DNA from: Roseburia hominis
Lineage (GTDB): Bacteria; Bacillota_I; Bacilli_A; RFN20; CAG-826
DNA length: 64,000 nucleotides
Reading direction: 5' to 3'
Assembly (NCBI GenBank): GCA_963642055.1
Contig: CAVIFQ010000008.1
Coordinates: 14,805-78,804 of the forward strand
The position numbers and the translations under genes were made by a program. The notes beneath the pieces are model-generated. The model worked only from the letters and a program-made list of their open reading frames with translations. It had not been told where the DNA came from and made no database searches. Numbering within the stretch: position 1 is the first letter of the stretch; every line of letters starts with the position of its first letter. Below are positions 28,391 to 35,201 of this stretch, piece by piece.

Positions 28391-28500
28391 ACGTATCTTC
28401 CTTCGAAACTTTTTTCATTAGGATGATGCAAATTAATCGACTCTATGAAAATGTGAAAGCCATATTTTTGATGTTAGGTCTTTCTATAAAGAAACAAAAA

Positions 28501-28539
28501 AACTCCAAATTTTACTAACTTTAGTATTTTTTGGAGTTT
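28501..28539. repeat. 39-bp nested palindrome, copy D1 (CTCCAAAttTTACTAActTTAGTAttTTTTGGAG)
   Basis: 37/39 identical to copy D2; lies 12 bp beyond the ATPase D stop codon. Confidence 0.9.
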
Positions 28540-28550
28540 TAAGTATTAGG

Positions 28551-29792
28551 CTAGATACATCTAATTGGAAAGGCATAGGTCTGAGATGAGATCCGGTATG
28601 GCTCTTCAGTTGAGCAAATGATGCATTGGCCGGCGATGTTGTAACTCGAATTCAATAATTGTTTGAATCCTTTTATATCCTTAAGACCGTAGTTCTTGCC
28701 GGATTTAGCCTCCACCAAATAAAGATTCCCGTCTTTGCGGAGAATGAGATCGATTTCGTTTTGGTTATTGTCGCGATAAAAGGATAGCTCGACATCGCCA
28801 TTGGCATGGTTGACGTACGTCTTCTTGATTTCGTTGAAGATATAAGTCTCGATGATTCTGCCCTTAAAAGGTGACATCGATAAGGTTTTGGGGGTATCGA
28901 TACCCATAAGGTGACAGGCTAAACCGGTGTCATTCATATAAATCTTCTTCGTTTTCACGATTCGCTTATTCATCGAACTTTCATAATATGGATTCAAAAA
29001 GGTGACTAGGTTGCTCGCCAACAAAATGCCCATCCATGAATCGACCGTCTTATTGTCGATGCCGATGGTTTTGGCGATGTTATTGGCGTTATATTCTTCG
29101 CCCGTCAATGAGGCGACAACTTTGAGGAAATTACTAAATCTATTCGTGTCTCTGACGTTCATGAGCTCAGAAACGTCTTTATCTATATAGGTTTTGACGT
29201 AGTTAGAATAGAAATTCTTGATTGGCTTATCGGGTATTTCCCATCTAGCTGGATAAAAGCCTCGTAGGACCGATGAATAGAAATCTTCGTCGCTCAATGA
29301 TCTTTGGCTAGCTTTTGTAAACATCTTTTCATTATCGACGATGAACTCTTCTTCCTTCCATCCTCTTAATTCGCACTGGCTCAAAGGCTCCATCTCGATG
29401 ATGCTACAGCGCCCTGAAAGAGATTCGCTGACGCCTTTCATCAGCTGGAACTTTTGACTCCCGGTCAATATGTACATCCCATTCGCGGAGTTGGCCCCCT
29501 TCTCTTTCCGGACTTTGTTTACCTGGCTTTCGATTTCGATGAAAAGCTCTTTCGCTCTTTGGATCTCATCGATGATCAAAGGGTAGCCAGTTTCCTCGAT
29601 GAACTTCTTCGGATTGCTCTTCGCCGAAAGGAGAAGATCGGTATCATCGAAAGTGATGTATTTGAAACCCTGCTTCTCGAAATGAGAAACAAGGGTCGAT
29701 TTCCCTACTTGTCTAGCGCCCGTTACCAAAGTAACCGGATACTCCGAAATCGAGTTTTTTATCGAGTTAAGAATCGTTCGCTCGTAAATCAT
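28551..29792 (-). CDS. AAA+ ATPase, DUF4143-type (paralog D), PD-(D/E)xK-like motif intact
   Basis: Walker A GARQVGKST and Walker B LIIDEIQ. C-terminal EIDLIL...LVEAKSGK. Confidence 0.85.
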   Translation of the reverse strand: MIYERTILNSIKNSISEYPVTLVTGARQVGKSTLVSHFEKQGFKYITFDDTDLLLSAKSNPKKFIEETGYPLIIDEIQRAKELFIEIESQVNKVRKEKGANSANGMYILTGSQKFQLMKGVSESLSGRCSIIEMEPLSQCELRGWKEEEFIVDNEKMFTKASQRSLSDEDFYSSVLRGFYPARWEIPDKPIKNFYSNYVKTYIDKDVSELMNVRDTNRFSNFLKVVASLTGEEYNANNIAKTIGIDNKTVDSWMGILLASNLVTFLNPYYESSMNKRIVKTKKIYMNDTGLACHLMGIDTPKTLSMSPFKGRIIETYIFNEIKKTYVNHANGDVELSFYRDNNQNEIDLILRKDGNLYLVEAKSGKNYGLKDIKGFKQLLNSSYNIAGQCIICSTEEPYRISSQTYAFPIRCI

Positions 29793-29824
29793 GCTTATCC
29801 TTTAATCAAAGTATAAGAATAATG

Positions 29825-29863
29825 AATTCCAAATTCTACTAACTTTAGTATTTTTTGGAGTTT
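29825..29863. repeat. 39-bp nested palindrome, copy D2
   Basis: Lies 33-71 bp upstream of the ATPase D start; in direct orientation relative to D1. Confidence 0.9.
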
Positions 29864-30001
29864 GTAATCATAAAACACACATAAATCCTTAATATTGCGC
29901 AAATGGAAACTGAAAATTAGTTCGTATTGCATAAGTCGCATTTTTCCACTGGAACGCAATTAAACGGCTTGCTTATTGCTTTGGAACATAGGGCTACTTC
30001 T

Positions 30002-30066
30002 CAAACCTAGAAGTTTAGAAGCAAACCTAGAAGTGCCTAGAAGTAATCTTAGAAGTGCCTAGAAGT
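30002..30066 (+). repeat. three 22-bp tandem units, each with two YTAGAAGT half-sites (upstream array)
   Basis: caaacctagaagtttagaagc / aaacctagaagtgcctagaagt / aatcttagaagtgcctagaagt. Confidence 0.9.
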
Positions 30067-30105
30067 TTTGCTTTCATTGATGTATTGTTTTCTCGAGGTC
30101 TCGTT

Positions 30106-31578
30106 ATGAATTTTGAAGAACTATACCCAGGCGTAAATCTAGAAACCGATAAAATCGAATTCAAAGGCTTTTTATTGAAAGGCGAAGGAAAAAGCGGCCA
30201 AGAAATGGAAATGACTTGGCTAAAGACGATCGCTGCCTTCGCTAACGGAGAAGGCGGTTCTATTTTCGTTGGTGTGGAAGATAAAAGCCATAAAATCGTC
30301 GCTTTATCGCAAGAAGAAGCCGATAAGCAAGCTCTTTTGATTCAAAAAGAAATAAAGCAAAGGATTGAGCCAGCCGTAAATTACACAATAAAGCCCATAT
30401 CAATAAAAGGAACTGAAACAAGATATCTCCTGGAAATCAAAGTCAGCGCTTCCTTGTCAAAACCAGTGTTTGTTCACGATAGAGGAGCCGCCGTTGTCTT
30501 CGTCCGCGATTTCTCCTCTTCGCGTCTAGCGACCCCTGAAGAAATCCGTAATCTCGTCTTATCGAGTGAGAATATCTCTTACGATTCGTTTTTCACTGAC
30601 AGTGTCTATAAGAAAGAGGATTTCTCCATTTTCCAAAACGCCATGATTAAGGCGGCGGGGAAAGAGGCTTCGCAGAAGCAGCTCATTTCAATTGGCTTCT
30701 GCGATTCTACTCTTCGTTTATCCAAAGGCGCTTTGCTTTTTCGTGATGACTGCACTTCTCCTCTTACAAGGATCGATGTGACTTTTTATCCTTCGATAAA
30801 TAAAGGAGAACGGATAATGCTCACCCCTGCTTCTTTTTGCGGGCCTATCAACAAAGTCATCGATGAAGCCACTTTCTATATAATGTCGCATTCCAATACC
30901 GTTTGGATGAAAACCGATACTGGAAGAGAAGAAAGGCCATCATTCCCCGAGCGTTCAGTGCGTGAAGCCATCAGCAACGCTTTAGCGCACCGCAACTACT
31001 ATATGAGCACCTCAATTATCGAAGTTGATGTTTATGTAGATAGACTAGAAGTCACTTCCCCCGGTTCCTTGTTGGGGAGCAAGCGGATCGTCAAAGAAAC
31101 GAACATAACCGCAATCGTTCCAAGAAGAAGGAACGAAGTCATCGCTAGAACATTAGAAGCCATACATTACGTTGAGAATAAAGGCAGCGGGTTCGATCTA
31201 ATCGCTGAGGAATACTATGCATCTTCTTTTGAGCATAAGCCGTTCATCAACGCCGATCAGAATCATTTCACGCTCGTTTTGCCGAATTTGAACTACGCGA
31301 AGGGCGTGATCGATGAAGAGAACGACGCTCCAACGGTCTACGTAAATGACGTAACGTTGACCGAAAGAGATCTCAAGATCCTCTCTCTTTGCTACGTAAA
31401 CAAGAAATTGGCCAGCGAGATTGCCTCTGGCTTAGGAATCACTTCTTCAACCTATTTCCGTAACACCATTTTGGGCAAACTCATCAAAAAAGAATACTTG
31501 CTCGTCGATTCTAGCGGAGCTTATCCCCATTACCTTTCAAATCACTCTTTAGTAAAACTCGTTCCTAGCGATTTCTAA
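30106..31578 (+). CDS. AlbA_2 (Schlafen-like) plus HATPase_c_4 domain protein with a C-terminal wHTH (paralog E)
   Basis: TIAAFANGEGGSIFVGVEDK is the AlbA_2 motif and REAISNALAHRNYY...LEVTSPG is HATPase_c_4-like. ATG at 30106; the ORF track starts at a GTG inside the repeat array. Confidence 0.8.
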   Translation: MNFEELYPGVNLETDKIEFKGFLLKGEGKSGQEMEMTWLKTIAAFANGEGGSIFVGVEDKSHKIVALSQEEADKQALLIQKEIKQRIEPAVNYTIKPISIKGTETRYLLEIKVSASLSKPVFVHDRGAAVVFVRDFSSSRLATPEEIRNLVLSSENISYDSFFTDSVYKKEDFSIFQNAMIKAAGKEASQKQLISIGFCDSTLRLSKGALLFRDDCTSPLTRIDVTFYPSINKGERIMLTPASFCGPINKVIDEATFYIMSHSNTVWMKTDTGREERPSFPERSVREAISNALAHRNYYMSTSIIEVDVYVDRLEVTSPGSLLGSKRIVKETNITAIVPRRRNEVIARTLEAIHYVENKGSGFDLIAEEYYASSFEHKPFINADQNHFTLVLPNLNYAKGVIDEENDAPTVYVNDVTLTERDLKILSLCYVNKKLASEIASGLGITSSTYFRNTILGKLIKKEYLLVDSSGAYPHYLSNHSLVKLVPSDF

Positions 31579-31621
31579 AGCTAGAAGTGCTAGAAGTAAA
31601 CCTAGAAGTGCCTAGAAGTAA
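31579..31621 (+). repeat. two units of the same CTAGAAGT repeat (downstream array)
   Basis: The 24 bp aaacctagaagtgcctagaagtaa at 31598-31621 is identical to 30023-30046. The array starts right after the stop codon. Confidence 0.9.
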
Positions 31622-31708
31622 ATTTAAAAACATTCGATAAAGTCTAGCGTTTTATATATTTGTGCATTTTTTATCTTTCTAACAAACAATTCAAAAACAA
31701 ATCGAAAA

Positions 31709-34339
31709 TTACAAATTCCCCATCAGTAGGTCTTTCCATCGATTGTAATAGTCTTCGAAGATATCCCAGGTGATAAGACCCTTGCCGATGGATACCCCCA
31801 GATATTTGCAAGGCAATAGGTCATATATCTCTTTCGGGAAGTACTTTTCAAAACTCTCGTACCCAAGCAGTCCGTATTCTTGAATATCGGCGTCCATCTT
31901 TTCTTTGTCGAAGGCGAGGGTGTTGGGATCATACTCGAAGATGTTGTAAAGCCCATTTAACCCGGCCTCGATGCTCAGCATATCGTCGGTCACCAAATTG
32001 AGATGGTTCGCCGTGGCCGGCGCAGCCAAAGCTGTAAACATCTTCTTGATCGATGCAGAGACCAATGTCGTCGTCGAAACCCTTCCCTTGTCGTAGCAGA
32101 CGAACTCGTGGCCAATGTATTCGTCAAAATTGTCTTCATAAAGATTAACGTACTTGTTCAAGGTCTTGTCGAAATAAGCGTGCCTATAGATATAGTCGGT
32201 CGAATTGCCATTCGAGAACTCGAGATGCACGATATTACGCATTTCGACCCCGCTATCGGAGTGATCGTTCCCGATGACACGGTTTGGCTCGAACTGACCG
32301 GTCCCGTGGTTAAACGAGATAACCATGTCGCCGGTTTTGATTTCTCCAGCTTGTTTGTAGGTGCCATCGGCCATAAGGACTCTTGCGGTCGGCAATAAGC
32401 AACCGCCAGAGGAATAATAAGCTTCATATTCTCCAGACTCTAACGACATAGAGGCGGTTTCTCCATTTTTGCGCGTAAAAGAAAGGGAACACTTCAGTTT
32501 ATAGTATACTGAACCACTAGATGAAGCCGGCGCGGTGAAAGAAACGCTATATCCATTTGTTTTCAAAGTAATGCTACTTTTGGTGCTGATATTGCTTTTG
32601 TTGGTGCTTTCAAAAAGCTGCCATTCTAAATTAACGTTAGAATCATAACTTGGGCAATTAAAAATAGCGTTAACAGTGTAGGTTTTCTCATCACTTGATG
32701 ATCCGGAAGGATTATCGATCGTTAGTGATGTTAAGTCGGTGAATGAATTATCGCTCCAATAATTACTACATAAAGAATAAGTTTTCTCTTTCTCAAGCCT
32801 AAAAGTTGAAAATGCTGTTTCGCTTTCGATTTTATATGTTTCGGCAGACTCGGAATGCACATTCCAGCCATTATCATTATTGTCTATTCGCTCTTTCGAT
32901 ACATAAAAATCAACAAATTCGCTTCCAGTAGTAACAGTTCCACCATTGTCGCTATCAGTCGTATTTATGACACCACCAAAACTGCTATTGATGGTGAGAG
33001 CCCCATCAACAACTAATTTCGCTCTTCCCATTTTTGTATATTGAGGAGACACATTGTTACTTCCAATGGTCAGAATAGGGGAATATGACTGATAAAAAGT
33101 TATAGGTGCATTCATTATGCATGTTGCTTTTTTCCCTATAGTTAAAGATGAGCCTGTTAAAAATTTCATTTTATTCGCAATTGTTAGAGTTCCTGTATTC
33201 TGGGTTATCTGAAATTTATAAGAAATTGGGCATTCAATAGAAGACGAATTAAAAGTGTATCCGGGGATCCTGACTACGATAGATGATAATTTCAGGTCGC
33301 CATCAATGGTAATTTTTGTGTAATTTGCCGTATTGCCTGTTGTATTGTTACTTACATCTGAGGTTGAATAACCAAAATTTGAAGGGACATATTTCAAAGT
33401 TGCATTGCCGTTGCACATTTTAAACAAACAGTCTTCACTCTCTTTACCTAGGACTAATATTTCGCCTGAGTTATAACTAGATAGCGCATACAAAAGCGCA
33501 AATCCAATTAATTTAGAACCCAAATTAAAAACTTGCTCTACATGGCAATTAGGAAAATCGAAATAGCTAAACGGCATAGAATATTTGGGGTAAGCCTTAT
33601 CGGAATAAGTTCCACCCCTAAAGTCGTAGATTGTGAAAGGCATTTTTACGCTTCCCGTTGAAGAATTCACAATCGAACTACCGTTATCTTTTGACGACTC
33701 CTTTATATATCCATATAGATTGATAGAGCCGCTATTTTGTATTTTGGAACTTGCTTTCATAAGGATTTCACAATAACTACCAATAGTGAATCCGGATGGT
33801 CTTTGATTTGATTCAGCACCTACTCCTATTTTTCCAGCCACATCAATCGTTCCGTTGTTAATGATTGTCACGCCTTCAGCGATTGTGAGTATGTTTTTTC
33901 GATTCGTTTTTACTGCCGAAGCATCCTTATCAGCAAAGCCATTATTTGACTGATTTTTATAGTTCGTATAATCGCTATAAGACCAATCGGTTTGATTGAA
34001 ATCATAAGGAAGAATCAGCGAAACGTTTGTCCCTATAGTGCACCTCCTAGTGATTGTGGGATTTGTTCCAGGGAGCACAACGACGGTCTGTTTATCAGTC
34101 GCATTCGCTGAGACTTCAAGTGCCTTTTCGATCGATGTGTATTTCGTTCTAGCCGTTTGCCCATCGACTGTTTTTTCTAAATAGCAAACGACTACACTGT
34201 CACTGGTTTTTGCGCTTACTTGTTTAGAATAATTATCGGGGTCCGGATTCACGATATGCCATTTCCCATTTCCGACATTTATCGCTGAAAAAAGAGTTGC
34301 CATAAATAGAAATATCTTTGCAAAACCGCTATATTTCAT
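31709..34339 (-). CDS. secreted beta-rich (beta-helix-like) protein with a C-terminal Hint (hedgehog/intein-like) autoprocessing domain
   Basis: Signal peptide MKYSGFAKIFLFMATLFSAINVG. Residue 647 onward reads GG|CLLPTARVLMADGTYKQAGEIKTGDMVISF, a Hint N-terminal block, followed by 230 aa. Confidence 0.65.
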   Translation of the reverse strand: MKYSGFAKIFLFMATLFSAINVGNGKWHIVNPDPDNYSKQVSAKTSDSVVVCYLEKTVDGQTARTKYTSIEKALEVSANATDKQTVVVLPGTNPTITRRCTIGTNVSLILPYDFNQTDWSYSDYTNYKNQSNNGFADKDASAVKTNRKNILTIAEGVTIINNGTIDVAGKIGVGAESNQRPSGFTIGSYCEILMKASSKIQNSGSINLYGYIKESSKDNGSSIVNSSTGSVKMPFTIYDFRGGTYSDKAYPKYSMPFSYFDFPNCHVEQVFNLGSKLIGFALLYALSSYNSGEILVLGKESEDCLFKMCNGNATLKYVPSNFGYSTSDVSNNTTGNTANYTKITIDGDLKLSSIVVRIPGYTFNSSSIECPISYKFQITQNTGTLTIANKMKFLTGSSLTIGKKATCIMNAPITFYQSYSPILTIGSNNVSPQYTKMGRAKLVVDGALTINSSFGGVINTTDSDNGGTVTTGSEFVDFYVSKERIDNNDNGWNVHSESAETYKIESETAFSTFRLEKEKTYSLCSNYWSDNSFTDLTSLTIDNPSGSSSDEKTYTVNAIFNCPSYDSNVNLEWQLFESTNKSNISTKSSITLKTNGYSVSFTAPASSSGSVYYKLKCSLSFTRKNGETASMSLESGEYEAYYSSGGCLLPTARVLMADGTYKQAGEIKTGDMVISFNHGTGQFEPNRVIGNDHSDSGVEMRNIVHLEFSNGNSTDYIYRHAYFDKTLNKYVNLYEDNFDEYIGHEFVCYDKGRVSTTTLVSASIKKMFTALAAPATANHLNLVTDDMLSIEAGLNGLYNIFEYDPNTLAFDKEKMDADIQEYGLLGYESFEKYFPKEIYDLLPCKYLGVSIGKGLITWDIFEDYYNRWKDLLMGNL

Positions 34340-34893
34340 TGATTTACAGCCCTCAATTTAAAATCGAATTTTAGTTGATTAGATTTCTCATAAAGAGAAC
34401 TGATGTTCCCATCACTATCAACTATGGCATATGTTAAAGAGGCTGAAGTAGTCCCTGTATTACCGCTAATAGGGAAAGACAAAGTATAAGTTAAAGAACT
34501 ATCAACTGTTGTAGGGTCACTTACGGTTACTGAATTCGGTTCGACAGCCAACGAAGTTACATATGAAAGAAAATCCGCCTTATTCGGAGTGAGAGAGATA
34601 CTCATCAAAAAAGTGTTGTCTTTCAAATATCCAAGCGAATCAGCGTTTTTATTATTGATATCGAATTTGATGACGATGCTCGCACCACTAACGATGGTTT
34701 CATCACTGACAATACCGTCTTTGCACAAAGTAAAAGCGCTTGCCTCCTTGACGGAAAAAATCTTTATTTCATCTACTTCATCAGCTGTTGCTGATATAGA
34801 AACGTATTCCTGAGGATCAACTTTCCAGCTTGCAAAGCCGACGGCGAAAAGCGAAGTCGCTAAAATGAGACCCCCCCCCCGCAAAGTAGGCAT
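34336..34893 (-). CDS. small secreted beta-rich protein, translationally coupled (ATGA) to the Hint protein gene; G10 tract at codons 5-8
   Basis: Signal-peptide-like MPTLRGGGLILATSLFAVGFA|SW. An alternative upstream ATG cluster (34928-34952) lies in another frame. Confidence 0.5.
   Translation of the reverse strand: MPTLRGGGLILATSLFAVGFASWKVDPQEYVSISATADEVDEIKIFSVKEASAFTLCKDGIVSDETIVSGASIVIKFDINNKNADSLGYLKDNTFLMSISLTPNKADFLSYVTSLAVEPNSVTVSDPTTVDSSLTYTLSFPISGNTGTTSASLTYAIVDSDGNISSLYEKSNQLKFDFKLRAVNQ
34871..34880 (-). repeat. homopolymeric C10 (G10 on the coding strand)
   Basis: Read directly: gagaCCCCCCCCCCgcaaag. Confidence 0.95.
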
Positions 34894-35070
34894 TTTATCG
34901 CACTTTTTCTCTTTTCACTCGCTTTCATAGACCTCATTTTTGCCTTACTCATAAGCTTTTTCAATAGACAAAATTTCGCCTCATGTCCAAATACAGGAAA
35001 TCAACTTCAAATTTTGCTCATTTTTGACGAAAAAAGGACCGACTATTTTGCCGATCCATTGCTTTTTGAG

Positions 35071-35147
35071 TGGTCGGAACGGCGAGATTTGAACTCGCGA
35101 CCTCCTGGTCCCGAACCAGGCGCACTACCAAGCTATGCTACGTCCCG
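35071..35147 (-). tRNA. tRNA-Pro (anticodon CGG)
   Basis: CGGGACG acceptor stem; anticodon loop TTCGGGA; CCA encoded. Confidence 0.9.
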
Positions 35148-35201
35148 TTGACAAAGGTTTTTGCCTTTGCAAGCGATAATGTTATCACTCTCCTCTCGCT
35201 T

